64,000 bases of DNA. It comes from Parasitella parasitica NRRL 2501. Its lineage: Eukaryota; Fungi; Mucoromycota. Position numbers and translations under genes: made by a program. The notes under the pieces are model-generated. The model was not told where the DNA came from. It searched no databases and saw only the letters and a program-made list of their open reading frames with translations. This document shows, piece after piece, positions 49,561 to 63,894 of this stretch. Position 1 is the stretch's first letter. The number at the start of each line of letters is the position of its first letter. The stretch covers positions 15,119 to 79,118 of the forward strand of contig MU619364.1 in assembly GCA_025201805.1 (NCBI GenBank), read 5' to 3'.

Positions 49561-51363
49561 ATTTTGTGTTTGCTGAAGCAATAAAAAGTTGTAATTTACT
49601 CTGAGCGCGTGGCTATGGCAACGCGATAAAACTAGAGGGGCATCAAAAAGTTTGTTTGTAGTCACGATTCAATGTACAGTATACCGGTATCCTCACACTG
49701 GCGCCAATGCAATGGAATCGTTGATTCAATGAAGCCTCTGCTACTATTCCGCCGGATGATATAAAGCAGGTGCTAGTGCAATCGTTCAACCCCAAAATTC
49801 ACATTAAACTTGCCTAAATTAAACGGCAAACACTTGTGAAACTAGACTACAGGGTTTCTTACCTTTTGATGCAAGTCCAAAAAGGCACATTTCCATTGAC
49901 AATAATGAATAAAAACTCATGCTATGCCTGGTTTGGAGTCACATGTATACGATGCATACAGGAATACCCAGATTTAATTGACTTGCTTGGCAAATTACCA
50001 TTAAATAAAATACATGGCTAATTGTCTGTATACATTTTATAGCATCTGATTTGTGCCTGAAACGAATGCTGACTTGATGCATACCTTTCTTTCGCTGTAC
50101 CTGCCTTCAATTCGACTTTGTAATGAACTTAAAAATAAATCTTCGCTGGGATCGAGTATCAGCATCATGCGGAAATGTGGAATAAACCGGCTGCGACATA
50201 CAATATCCAATCTCTTTGCAAATAGTGTATTTTGCCATGTTGAAAGCCCAGCGATCTCAGATCTATTACTAAACATTAACACAATTATAGAATCTGTGTG
50301 AATTGACAGTATTAAGAAATCAAAAATGAAGGCGCCTATTAAATAACAAGGAATGCAATGGCTTTGTTAGCTGTGAGCGATGTCACTCAACGCTTTCTGG
50401 CAACTATCAAACCAGGACACCCGCATAATCTTTTACACTGCACATAGTATCTCGTTTATCTTTCTGTACAATAAGCCTAAATCAAAAAATAAATCACCGT
50501 ATCTAATCTTGGCTTGCAACACCAAGGGAATTATACTGGACTCATCCAAGGATCGATGTCGCATAAGTGCCATAGATTAAAAATTTCGATATTTAATCAC
50601 TCTCGTATATGAAAAGCATTACATCGACTGCATGTTGATTTGAAAAGCCATTTTGCCAAGAGCTTCTTCTAGCTATTGATAAACTTTCTTATTTCTTGTG
50701 CTCGCAGTTACTTTATGGTATTACATAATCAAAATTTTGATCTCTCTAAGGATAATATATTCAATTAAATGCATTTATTCCCTTATTTACAAAAAGGACT
50801 TAATTATGGTTATAAGGTCATCCCATTTCTTTCTGTACGACTTTAATAGCGAGTGCAATGGCCAATCGCAGTGCACATAGAGAGAGAAACGAAGAAAATG
50901 GCCAGATGTGTGGGAACAATTTCTTTTTTAATATAGTAAAAATAAGTTACCTTGCAGCAATAAGTAGATAATGTGTGATATCAAGAAAGCAGATAGCTCA
51001 GCCATACTGCAGCTGAGTGCGATAGCTGATAAATGATAAGCATATAGAGTACGGATAACCAAAATAAACTTTACATGAATCGTGTAATTGAAACTCATTA
51101 TGCCATGATCCAACAGATTCCATAAAGGCCGCTTATTTGCTGAGCTCTACTGCGTATCATGAGCTTAATGTCAACGATTAGGAAGCTTAATGTTTTATAA
51201 ATTCACATTTCACAGGATTCTAATCAACCTAACCATTTTAATGTCTTTAGATCAGTGAATAAATCACACATTATAACAGCCAAACTGGATATAAAAAGAG
51301 TAGAGATCAGTCTGTTTGCCTTTCACACATTTTCTTTTCTTTTCCTTTACTGGTAAAAACAAA

Positions 51364-53451
51364 ATGAGCAGCGAAAAAAGACAAGTAGATCAAATATCAA
51401 ACTACTCTACAAAAGAAGAAACCAGGATCGAAGACTTCGAGGGCGAAACTGGCCAAAAAAGCACAAGTGTCAGTTCTTTGGAAAGCCAGGAATCTGAAAA
51501 GCCTGTTCTGAAAAGATCACTCAAAGCTCGTCATTTAGCGGTAAGTTTATACGACTTGATCTACAATTAGATAATTGATACGTTTTTACATGTATATATT
51601 TAGATGATCAGTTTAGGAGGGGTAATTGGACAAGGGCTCTTCTTATCCGCTGGCGGAAACTTGCACAGAGCAGGACCCGCTGGAGCATTGATTGCATATG
51701 CAATTATCGGTTTTATTGTATATTGGGTTACTTTCTCTTTAGGTGAGATGGCAACGTATATCCCAGTATCAGGATCTTTTACAGTTTTCTGTAGAAGGTT
51801 TGTAGATACATCTTTTGGTACAACAATCGGCTACAACTACTGGGCGTGCTGGACCATCATCGTTGCCGCTGAATTGGTTGCTTTACCGTTAGTAATGTCT
51901 TTCTGGACTTATAAAGTACCTGACTGGGCCTGTAACGTATTCCTTGTTGATCTGCAGTTAAAATAAGAAATACTAACAAACAATATTTCTCCCATGTAGG
52001 GTCTGGTATTTTCCTTGTCGTCATTTACATTTTGAACATGTTTGGTGCTCGTAGCTATGGCGAAGCTGAATACTGGTTTAGTGTTGTAAGTACGACGTTC
52101 TTGATCTCTGATTACTTTCAAAGTTTAGATCTAAATTACTAATTTGTACATCTGTCCCACCAAACACACAAATAATTGGACACACAATTTAGATCAAAAT
52201 TATCGCCGTACTCGTCTTCATTATCGTTGGCTGTATTACATCTGGTGGTTTGATTGGGTAAGTTTATATTCAAACAACTGGGCGTATTTGTGCCTAATCA
52301 TTCACATAGTAATACTGACCCTCATGAAGTCTATGGATTCAAGTATTGGAGCAATCCCGGTGCTTTCTCAAACGGTGCTCTAGGTGTTGTAAACGCTTTT
52401 GTTTTGGCATCCTTCTCAATGCAAGGAACCGAAATCGTGGGTATTACAGCTGGTGAATGTGAGAACCCTCTCAAGGTAAAAAGATCACATCGTTTTCATT
52501 ACATCATTGGTGTATACAGGATACTAATCAAGTGTTGTGGTCGTAGCAAGTACCCCGTGCTATCAGAAACGTTTTCTGGCGTATCATTATCTTCTATATC
52601 GGATCAGTGTTTGTAATGGGTATGGTTATTCCTTGGGATGATCCTCGTAATCTTAATGCTGGCAGCGGTGTCACAGTTTCTCCTTTCACCATTGTATTTG
52701 AAAAAGCTGGCCTTAGTAGTGTGGCTCATATCATGAATGCCGTTATCCTCATCACTGTTCTTTCTTGTGCAAACAGTGGCATGTATGTCAGCTCTCGTAT
52801 GCTTTGCGCTTTATCCAAAGAAGGTCTTGCCCATCGCAAGTTTGGTAAGTCTTTTTTTTTTTACTTGTCATATGAAGTCTAATCAGTATCTTGGTGAAAC
52901 TAGCTTATATCAATAAGCGAGGTGTCCCTGTTTATTCTTTAACGCTTACTGCTGTTGTTGGGCTTATCACATTCGCTACTTCATTTATCCCTGGAAAAGC
53001 TTTGTTTGTTGTTCTTACTGATCTCTCTGGTGTTGCTGGCTTTGTCACTTGGGGTGGAATTTGCCTTGCTCATTATAGATTCCGTAAAGCTCTCAAATAC
53101 CAAGGCCGATCGGTAGCTCAGTTGCCCATCACTACGCCATTCCATCCATTCGGTGATATCTTTGGTATGCTTGCATGTGTCGTCATTTCCTTGATGGCTG
53201 GCTATTCGTATTTTGTGCCTGCTGATCCAGTAGGCTTGATTGGTAACTATGGAGGCCTTATTGTCGCCGGTGCTTTATTCCTTATTCTTAAATTCTATAC
53301 GAAATCGAAATTGATACCTATTTCTGAGATTGATATCGATAGCGGTAGAGCTGATTACGATATATACGAAGATGACCATGATAGTGATAAATTTACTGAG
53401 GGACCTTGGTGGAAACGGGCTTGGAGAAAGATCATCTACATCATTACATAA
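51364..53451 (+). CDS. Amino-acid permease (APC superfamily, YAT-type)
   Basis: LKRSLKARHLAMISLGGVIGQGLF, LGEMAT..PVSGSF, YGEAEYWF, GTEIVGITAGE, SPFTIVF, HYRFRKA. Confidence 0.93.
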
Positions 53452-54019
53452 AATATTATGCAATCGATTGGAAATACTAATTCTACTCACATCACACGCA
53501 AAAATCATTGTAAATCATTAATGTTATATTTATGTATATCGTTTATTTCCTCCATTAAAAAAAAATATTTTTCTATCCTAAAACCCTTGCATGATTCGCT
53601 TTCATGTCAAAATGACCAGTTCAGAGTAGCACGAGAAGCTCAAAATCCCTGAGCAATATCTTATGGCATCAATTTATAAAGATAAAGAATAGTCAGAAAA
53701 ACGTATCGTACAAGTATATGCAAGATGTGATATCATAGACTCACTTGGTGATCTTCAAACATTTTGAGTAAGAGTCCGTCGAGTGAAAAAAAAAAAAAGT
53801 CCGTTTCCTAGATGTGAAATCAACGCGGAAAACTGTTGTTTCAATTTTTTCTTTGGTCTTACATCTCGGAAGCATAATTTTTTTTTTTTGTTTTTCGCTT
53901 ACAGCTCTTTTTAACATCTTGACAATTTTTAACAACAAACTGTTTCAACGCAAAGAAAAAAAAAGAAAAAAAAAAAAGAAAAAACTTGAACTGATTGTTA
54001 GCTTTTCAAGTTTTATCGA

Positions 54020-57000
54020 ATGTTCAATATCGCACCGTATATAGCCAAAGTATGCAATAAAAGATTTTTTGTTTGTGTATATGATGTCTGATATGATTAT
54101 TTACTAGTATGTTCGGGCACTACATGCGACTGACGAGTCATTTAGTGTACCGTATAGTGACACCCAATTTGGTGTTGTACTTATGGTAGATGTTGTGGGT
54201 AACTTCTAATTTTTCAATTGAGCTGCTCGAACAAAAAATACTCACATCATGCTTTAGGTTTTAGTACAGTAAATACAGTGGAAGATAGCTCAATGGACGA
54301 AATATTTGCCTAAAAAAAATCTTGTATAGTTGACAACATTAGCACAGGCAAAAGGTGATTCCGGTGCTGAAGCCATTGCAATGGAAATCGGAGCGTACAT
54401 GGGAGAGGTAACACAGCATCTAATTTGCAAGGATGACAAGCAGTGCTTTAACGATGCTTTGACAGTGCATTCAAATTATTGAGTTTTACGGTGGTGATGT
54501 CGTCAAGGTAACTCAACTATGCTTTTATACGTGGTTTTAACTAAAAAGCGTCTATAGTTTTTGGGTGATGCAGTTTTAGTATGCTTTCAATCCATTGATA
54601 CAAAAGATAGACGAGATTCTGGAGACACTTCAGTTGAAGACGAGGCAGACGCATCCGAAAGGCAAAAAAACCTGCTCGTACGTCGTGGAATTGAGTGTGG
54701 ATTGCAATTGCTTGCTCGATTATCACATTACAGAGTTTATCTCACAGCTGAGGAAAGGTCGAAACATAGAACAGCAAAAGGAGATAAAAAAGAGCAATAC
54801 AAGGAAACAATCTACGACGCCATGAACCCCAACTGCGACAAAGATGAAAAAATAGCTCAAGACATAAAGCCTACTACATTTGAGGAGAATAATTTTTTGT
54901 CTATAGAGAATTGGGTGCCTTTTATGAGAAAGAGGGGCAAGAATATATATAAAGATAGGCGCTCCAGTGATAGCAGTGAAATGTCAACCAGCTACTCGGA
55001 TCCAAGTAACTGCGTGGATTTGGAGTTGCACATGGCATTATCCTGTGGAAATGTAACCAATATCGTTTTGGGTGACTTGGATCCCAATGATTCAGACACT
55101 CGCCAGCATGCCAGTTTGTTTCCTCAATTGAGATCAATGGAGAATTCTGCTGATATTACACCTTTTCTGGATGAATTCTTTTTGGAATACAGAGGTAGAC
55201 TAGAATACGCTATCGGTGGAGATGTCGTAGATTCCCTGGATGAAGCATTATCCATTGCAAAAGCAGGAGAGATGAGCATTACACCTGCAGCGTACGATAT
55301 AGTGCAGAGACAAGCCATGAACCTTGGATTTGAAAAAAGACGAGGCTTTTTTGTCATAAAGAATATAACAGAAGATCGGCCTATTCGAAAAAACAATATG
55401 CATACATCTTCAGGATTACGGCATAATTCGAGTCCATTGGGACGAAAAAATAACTCTGTGATGCTACCAACCAGCAATGCTGATTATCTCAAGACCTTAC
55501 CTGGTCTGAGGACACATACTACTAAAACGTCGATTGAACCACTCGTACCTCGTGTGCGGAACACGTCCTATAACAACCTGCCAGTCAATTTAAATCGATT
55601 TTACTGTAAATATATCAATAGAAGCGCACTTTATCGGATGCAGCATAGTGTAGATGGTGGTATGCCCGCTCAGTTTCGAGAAACGACAATAATGTTTATC
55701 AGCTTGGGCAAGACAGATATTCTTAGCAAAGAGGGTTTGAAAAAGATGCAAACTGCAGTCATAATTGCCATTGAGGCATTGGTGAAATATGAAGGCATGT
55801 TGCAGCAATTTGCAATTGATGATAAAGGTTGGTTCAGGTCTATCTACCTAAAGGTTAAAACTTACATAATTGTAGGTGCTACACTTCTTTCAGTCTTTGG
55901 TTTGCCTCCTTTGTCTCATGAACGTGAAGCTGTCTTTGCTGCCAAGGCTGCATTAGAGATCCGAGAAAACTATTTAAGAGAGGGCTTTAGAGGATTTTCG
56001 ATCTCGTTGTCTACTGGCGTCATATTCACAGCCGTGCTACCTCCTACAGGGCCGTATAGAAGAGATCCAGGCATCTCTGGAGACACTATTGTGGTCGCCG
56101 TACGTATGCTAAAATTCCCGTTTTCGCAAGAGAATGTTGTATGTGATCTATCCACTCGTAAACAGATTGGCGGGCTTTGTGAGTTTGAAGATTTTGGCGA
56201 TAATTTTGTCAAGGGCAAGGTGAAGCCGGTACAAATATTTGGTATATCGAAATTTGCTCCTCCAGAAAGAGATAAGCGCATATCCGTGCTAAGCGTTGAA
56301 AAATCGAATGACTTTATTGGATATAAATCAGAAATGCAGATGGCAACCAGCTTTGTAGATGACTGGGCAGACGCTCCAAATCACCATTTCCTCGTCGTGT
56401 CGGGACCTTCTGGTGTAGGTAAAAGCTTCTTTTGTGAAAATCTTCACAAGCTCATCAAGACTCACGGTGTATTATCTTGGTAAGTTTGAACAGCTTTTTT
56501 GTTAGTTCTAAATGGTCTAACAGTTTTGTTTAAAAAGCTGGTCGTCCTCTACTGAAGGTAACCATTAGATGCATACTTTGAATATCGCCGATGCTAACTT
56601 CATATAAATACCGCCGTAAGTCGAGAAAGGCAGTAAATACTATTTGCTGAGGAATATTATGCTGGCACTGTTCGAAATTATTGATTCTGAGAGAATACCA
56701 GCCAAAGGCAAAGGAAAATCAGATAATCAATCACATACCACAGTCAGTACTACAAACCAATCGATAACTGGATCAAATGAATCAGTCCGCACAACACCAT
56801 CGTCTACAAGCTTTCCAACGAGCAAAGAATGGTTTAGATCACTTGCTTCGTATACATCTATGACACCCTCCTCATTGGGATCTGGTTCCAACAATGCAGA
56901 GATATGCAATGAAATGGTAGACCTCATTTCGCGGTGTCTGCTGAAATGCGGCGAGGAAATTGGATATATTCCATTATTTAAAGTTTTATTTACAACGCTG

Positions 57001-59957
57001 AATGATGTTGGAGAGAATCGATATACAAGATTATTAGATGGAAGAGCAAGAGATATATTATTGACAGGCGTGATTACAAGAATTGTGCAGCATGTATCGA
57101 GATGCGTAGGTTTAGTATTTGTTTGCGATGATGTCCAATGTAAGACAAATAATTTATTTTTAATCACTATGCGATATTTATAATGATATAGGGGCTGATT
57201 CTGCCTCTATTCGTATTCTGCAGCATATTCACGAGCATTGTCAAAAGATTATGATTATGATGGCAACTCGTCCCATCAAAGATTACAACGTTGTCTTTAT
57301 CAATCAATATCGAGCTACTGGATCTTATGTCGAAATTGCTTTGAACGGTCTAGGAGAATATGAAATTGGTGAGATCATCCTGCAAAATCTTGACAGTGGA
57401 GTTGATCGCATCAGTCCAGAAATTGTCAAAGTTGTTCAAGTAAGTTGTTAACCAATGAATTCTACTAGACTTCTAAAGAAAAACTGTGTTTGTAGAAACG
57501 TACTGGTGGCAACCCCCTATATGTCAAGTAAATATTAACAAGAGGTATATAGAGTATAATACTAACCTCGTATTGGCCAGGAATATGGCAATCATTCTCA
57601 AAGACTTCAACCACGTTACTGTAGTTGAAGGAGAACTTGTGCCTAGTAGCAGTAGCTTTGATTTGGAAGATCTTTTGGGCAATTTCGACTACAAAAGGAT
57701 CATTAAAATGCAATTTGATCGATTAGACCCAAACTATCAAGCGTTTCTGACAGTAAAGTTTTAAATTAATATTGTATCTCGCAAGCTCTAATAACGTTTT
57801 TTTTTTAAAGGTTGCTTGCTGCCTGGATCAATACTTTACAATATTTGAAGTTGGAGCTGTCATCAAAGATACCAACTACATTTTCAAGCAAGATGATCCT
57901 GAAGTGATCCAAAAACAAATCAAAAAATTTGACGTATATCACTTTTTGCAACAAGTTGATAATGGTAATCCTCTGGAAAGCAACATTGCAGTTTATACTT
58001 TTACACACATTACCATTCCACAAAGCATCTATGACATGGTTTCCTATGAAACCCGCATTGCACAGCATCGAGCACTGGCAAAATACTATGAAAGTCAACT
58101 AAACAGAGAAAACTATCTTCAGCTGCTGGGCAAAATTACTCGGCACTATTTGCAAACTGACTCTATAGGCAAACAGCTGTATTATCTTGAAGCATTAGCG
58201 AATCAAAACATGCAAAACTACTTATTGCCAGAAGCAACGCTCAATCTTCAAAATATTGTAAAGATTTTGGACGAACACAACGACCTGCTAAATCAGTTTG
58301 GGCACATTCATCTAAGTGATGTTTATCGAAGACTTGGTGTATGTTATACTATGAGAACTAAACTGACAGAAGGCGAATATTATCTATTCAAAGCTCTTGA
58401 AGTCCTTGGCGAAGCATGGCCCCGATCAGAGCCTCAATTTCTGTATTATTTTTGGAAGAACAGATTAAGGCAATACCAACATCGTCGATGGGGCGTTTTA
58501 TCGAAATACAATTCGATTTTCAAAAGAGAGCATGGGCGTCGTGTGGTGGAAATCATGGCACAGTTATCAAATATCTACTTCTATACAGGTAATGGCCGAG
58601 ATTTCGTTTATGCTTGTCTCGTTGGTTTGAATGCTTGTGAGAAATTAGGCGATGTGGGCCCAAATTACACTTTGTTTTTGGCTAGAAATGCTTTGCTTTG
58701 CTGGCTTAATGACGACAAGGCCAACAGTATTTTCTACATTGCAAAAGCTTTACGGCAAATGGGAACAGACAACACCGACTCTGGCACACTTACAATATGT
58801 TCCCTATTATGTTTTGCCGCAGGCAAGTTTTCAAATGCCAGAGACTTATTGTACCAGTCCATTGAAGGATCAAGAACTCTGGGTATTGTTACGGATTGTC
58901 AGGCGTTCTACAGATCTGTTGGTTTGGTTGTTACAATGCGTATTTTTGAAGGCACTTTTAAAAAATCCACGACTGACATGGCCCTGTTGAAGCAAATGGC
59001 GGATACTGCTCATAGCAATGGGGATTTTGAAGCTGAAATTTGGCTTGGTGTTTATAATGTTAGTAATGCCCTCATCATTGATCGTATGGCGGATTGTGCC
59101 CCCTATGTTGCATTATTGGAGGCGCACGTAAAAGAAGCTGCTGATTATAACCGAATTGCTATTCATGGTACCTTGGTCTGTTATTACGCAAGAAATCACG
59201 TTTATGATTTGGCAAGAAGGCATTTACAGAAACTGGTCAACAACCTCCCATCTCTAACAGTAACTCGTGAGTTATTTAGACAATCTTATGCAACAAACAC
59301 TAAATTTTTTCATTGTAGCAAACATTTTTCCAATATACGGCCTTATTTTTGCAACCATGGGACTATATAGCATGGTAGAAGATGGCCAGATCGATCTTGT
59401 CTCTGATGGTGATGTGAAAAACTACGAAAAATTTATATTTGGCCTATCTCGATTGAACCATGCCTTTCAACAGGTCAAGTTTTGGGAATTCACTCAACCG
59501 TGTCTGTATCTTGCCCGCGCCCTTCCCTATGTATCAACTAGGCGTATTGTTGAAGGTTATATGGTAAGGGATCTACATAATAGTTAGTCTTCGTTTATTT
59601 ACTTCGTTGTTTGCATAGGTTCTTCGTCATGGTGTCTTTGAAATGCATTTTATCCAAGAAATTAGGTTTTTAAAAGCTTACTATTGGGCTAGTTTAGGAA
59701 AGTTTGCATTCACACCAGAAGATCGCATTGAATGGACTCAACGAGCTAAGAAAGATTTTGATGTGTTGGGAATTCCGTCTGACACTTATTGTAATCCTGA
59801 CCCAGGTAATTTTTACTATCGCGGATTTCAGGCAGACTTGTGCAAGCCTTATCCAAGGCTTGATTCTGAACCTGAAGTGCCTCCTGCAGCTGTTATAGTA
59901 GACGATCCTAGCTCTTCTTGCGACCACAACAAACAAGTTGCAAATGAAGATGCATAA
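54020..59957 (+). CDS. Soluble adenylyl cyclase (ADCY10)-like protein: two class III cyclase domains, STAND P-loop NTPase and helical repeats
   Basis: VDVVGFSTLT..GAE..GGDVVKFLGDA (C1); DDKG..FGLPP..GDTIVVAVRM..VKGK (C2); GPSGVGKS, VCDDVQW, GGNPLY; includes microexons. Confidence 0.88.
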
Positions 59958-60579
59958 ACTTTAAACATTGTAAATTTTCTGCTTCTTTCTTTATTCTTTA
60001 ATTGCATTTGTAAACAAATATACCTAAAAAAAAAAGTATTGTAATAAACGGGTTCATTTTCAATGCAGTCATTATGAAAATTATTCGTATATGTTGTTAC
60101 TGTGTGCTATCACAGGGACCAATTAAGAAAAGTTTGCAATAATAAATGAGACTGATATTCTGCAAAGCTTGGATGTGAACAACTAAATGACGTACGTTGC
60201 TTTCTTAAAAAATATCAAGTTATACCAGAAATGGCCAGAAATATTTAATGGAAAATTGAATACCTTTGCTTTTCAATTCTGTTATGCTTGGTTGAGTTTT
60301 GAAAGGTCAAGATTAGCTAACTGTTAAACCTGAAATATTGGCTAGAAATAGATAATAACAAATGCACCTATTTATCAATATAAATATATAATGTCAACAA
60401 AAAGCGTTTATTAACAATTTTTAAACATCATTTGGGGCGATTTAAAAAAAAAGGTGTTTGAGATTCTTGTCAAAAATAAGAATAAAGATATAGCTTTAGT
60501 ATAAATAGAGGATCATAACTTTATTAAAAACTTCGGTTTTTGTATCTAATCTTCTTTTGATCTCTTTAATAGCAATCAA

Positions 60580-61083
60580 TCAACATACATCTCCAGACAT
60601 GAGGGAGGATTGAAGCAGCTTTTTCGTCATCGAAGTCAAAGAAATTGGGCAAAAATTAGCAGGGTCGGGTGCATCACCACTCTTAAATACGGGGAAAACT
60701 TGAGCATGTCCGTCAGTTTTGATGTGATCAAACCCAGGGGATTTATGCGCTGAAAAATCACTTAATATGAGAGATAAAAAAGTATTCACATCAATCTTTG
60801 AAAAAAAAGCTGTAAAACATCAGGATGGGTACCTACAGGAAGATAAGCAAAGATCTTTTATAAACCAAAGCAAGATGAGAGCTCATAACAGCAAAGAAGT
60901 AACAGGATAACGCGCGATAGAAGGTATGACAGAGAACTCTTTGGTGACATGTTTGATATGCTTAATAATAGCAGCAGTAGTTATTGAGATCAAGTTTAGT
61001 GCACTGCATAACTGCCTCCACAATCCACTACGTTCAACAGTTTGAACTGAACAGCAGAACTTTTGATGAACATCTTCATACAA
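60580..61083 (-). mobile_element. Non-LTR (LINE) retrotransposon remnant, RT N-terminal region
   Basis: KSPGFDHI..AQVFPVFKSGD.PDPANFCPISLTS, a degenerate K.PG.D / P.NYRPISL motif. Confidence 0.75.
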
Positions 61084-62524
61084 GACCTCAACTTGATTTT
61101 AAACGTAATAATTATAGTTTTATTTTGTGTAAACACTACCCAATCGAGCAAAATTGTATATTAGGAAATAAGCCAGGGCAATTTGCCTACTTCTTTAATG
61201 CTGTAATGGCCAACGCTATCTTGTAATTGGTAGGTATATCTACTGAATGGAGTATACACAAATGGGTGTGTGGAAAAGTACTTATTTTAAAATATAAATA
61301 GCATCTTTTTAATAATCGTGGAATCAAAATAAAATGTTGTATAGAAGATTCACTAAACAAAAACAATAAATGCAACTTGATAAGGTGTAACTTTTATTAT
61401 CAAATAAACAAGCCCATAAAGCTCCAGTTCTGATCTGCAATAATTGTAGATAGGATTCCATGACAATGTACTTCAATTGAAGATTATAGACTGTCCAATG
61501 ATGTGATGTGATACGCTTGTGTAAATTGTGATCTACCATAATGTAGGATAGGAGATCATGATAATGTATTTCAATTAAAGATTCGAGATTGTCCAATGAT
61601 GTGTTTGTTATACTTGTCGAAACAGGAAAATAAAGTCTTTGTTTCGAATCAAGAAGGTTATCTGTAACACAGATCTGTATGATTGACAAGCAATAAGGTT
61701 CTTTCAGATCAAAGATCAATGCCTTGTAGTATAATAATACATCGTAACCTGTTAAGGATATTGCAATAAAATTGGGGTCAATTTTATGTGAAAATAAAAA
61801 AAAGTAAAAAAATAAAGCCGCAGAAATACAATTATAGTCTTTCCACCTTTATTTTCGATTAAAAGAAAACTCAAGAAAAGATATATGCTCTTTAAGAGAG
61901 CTTGTATTCATACTACTTTGTAAAATTGCCTCACTACAGTGAGAATGCTTATTTTACAGCTTATTTGAAGAATGACTTTTGTTGACATTCTCTCAATTGT
62001 ATTGTAGTTGAGATTTCGATATGTTGGTATTGAAATTGATACTATGGTTTTGGGCAGGATTGTAATATTTGAGGATCCTGATTATTTCTAATGCGACTGA
62101 GCTTTCCTTATTGTGTAATAAACAAGCCATTTCTGGCATCTAGAATTATTGCAATTGTTTTAACAATTGCATTGTTTATACATGTTTGGAATTTGTTTAT
62201 TTGTGATTATGAGTAGCGTTGTTCAACATTAGCATGTGCCAGGGTTGTAGGAGATTGTACTTTGATCAGGAGTGCAAGCCTCTTCCAACACTTGTTAATG
62301 TTTACTTGTGCTTTTCATGTATTTCTTTCTTGGATGGATCAGCCATGATCCATCTGGATTTTATTTTAATGTGATTGTGGTGCCATATAATAGGTGCCAT
62401 TTCATTACAGATATGATATTGCTTGCTAATCACTCTTATCGATTGATGTGTTAATTTCCCAACCGGAAGTCACACTCAAGTAAACAATCCTGAAGACAAT
62501 TCAGGAAAATATCCCAATGGATCA

Positions 62525-63027
62525 TGTTCATGGACAATAGATACAATCTATCGTTCCACTCTCTAGATCACACTATCAGGGATCTACGGCCTTATTAGAT
62601 AATCAGGGACAGATTGGTAAGAGAAGATATGCAGAAGTTTATTTCAAACAAGGAGGTTATGATTTAATAAGGGAAAGGTGAAAAAAGATAAGAAGATTGC
62701 TAGGGATATTTAATAAGGGAATTCGATGGGGAGATCTGACGAAGAAAACTCTTCTTTGCTGGTCAAAATTGCCCCTATTTATACTTTTTTGCGAGCTGTC
62801 TAGTTCACTCAAATGTGAACTAGACTATTTACTATAATGTGGATCAATTAGGTAAACAGGATATCGTGGATCAATAAGTCAATAGTATAATGTGGATGAG
62901 TAAGGCAAGAATGACAGCGTAGATCAGAGAGGCAAGAATGCAATGTGGATCGATTAGGGAAGAACGAGGTGATAATGTATTTTTAGATCAAGATGTATAA
63001 TTGTTTTGGCTTGACAGGTTCATGACA
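62525..63027 (-). mobile_element. Probable LTR (~500 bp), with possible gag remnant at ~61950-62520
   Basis: Minus strand begins TGTCATGAA and ends CCATGAACA (TG..CA, short terminal IR); TATAAATAG at ~62780; repeated TGTGGATC motifs. No matching TSD or clear PBS seen. Confidence 0.5.
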
Positions 63028-63104
63028 GTGTAACTCTTCGGCAGATTCATTTTACTGACTTATTTTTGACATAAAAAATATGTCAGATCTACATTTGTCA
63101 GGTA

Positions 63105-63435
63105 CACACAGGCTTTGTGTGTACCCCTTTTAGTTATTATAAATATTTCAATTGAAATACAAAAGAATAAACAACATCTTTTAATTCCTACTTTATACTT
63201 CATATTGTCGTGTGGGCCAAGATATATGTTCTAGAATAGATTTATAGGGAAGTATATAAATGATTATCGATGAGATAAAAAGATGTCTTTATTATTTTAA
63301 GATACATACAATTAATATTTATACTAATTAAAAAGATTGCGCACAAGTCTGTGTGTAACACTTTTAGTTATTATAAATATCAATTGAATTCAAAAGAATA
63401 AACATGATCTATCTTTCATCTCTTACTCATATTCT
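63105..63435. repeat. Diverged ~95-bp direct repeat (63105-63207 and 63340-63435)
   Basis: Shared TGTGTGTA..CTTTTAGTTATTATAAATAT..CAATTGAA..CAAAAGAATAAACA. Confidence 0.75.
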
Positions 63436-63590
63436 ATATACACTTAATAAAACTGCACAAAACTAACACATCTCTGCACACGACAATATACTTTCCAGAA
63501 CATAACACAAAACTGACACATTATCTTCTTGAAGAAAAATTTATGAAAAATAACCCGCACGGCGTGAACAATCGAATTGAGAATAGGATT

Positions 63591-63663
63591 CGCCCGATGA
63601 GGGGGTCGAACCCTCAGCCTTGAGATTAAAAGTCTCACGCTCTACCGATTGAGCTAACCAGGC
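63591..63663 (-). tRNA. tRNA-Lys(UUU), intronless
   Basis: GCCTGGTTAGCTCAATCGGTAGAGCGTGAGACTTTTAATCTCAAGGCTGAGGGTTCGACCCCCTCATCGGGCG; cloverleaf stems pair; anticodon TTT. Confidence 0.95.
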
Positions 63664-63894
63664 ATCTCTTTCGTTTTTTCATCACTTTTTGCCACCCTAT
63701 CCTGGTAGAAACACTTTCACTTCAACAAAAAACGTATTTTCTCGACAGTCAGTAACGCAATCAACTCGAAATTATACCAATATACTTGCCTTATATTAGA
63801 GTATCTTTTGTTATAGTTTCAGCCTTGTCGAACAACTGCTTCATATTTTTTTTTTTTTAAATTTTAAATTTATAAAAAATATATTCTACCAACC

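Noticed and set aside
49680-51300. Short ORFs with faint resemblance to a LINE ORF1 remnant
   Set aside because: Too degenerate to call by eye.
61324-61719. 131-aa minus-strand ORF
   Set aside because: No ATG start or recognisable domain; probably TE-derived debris.
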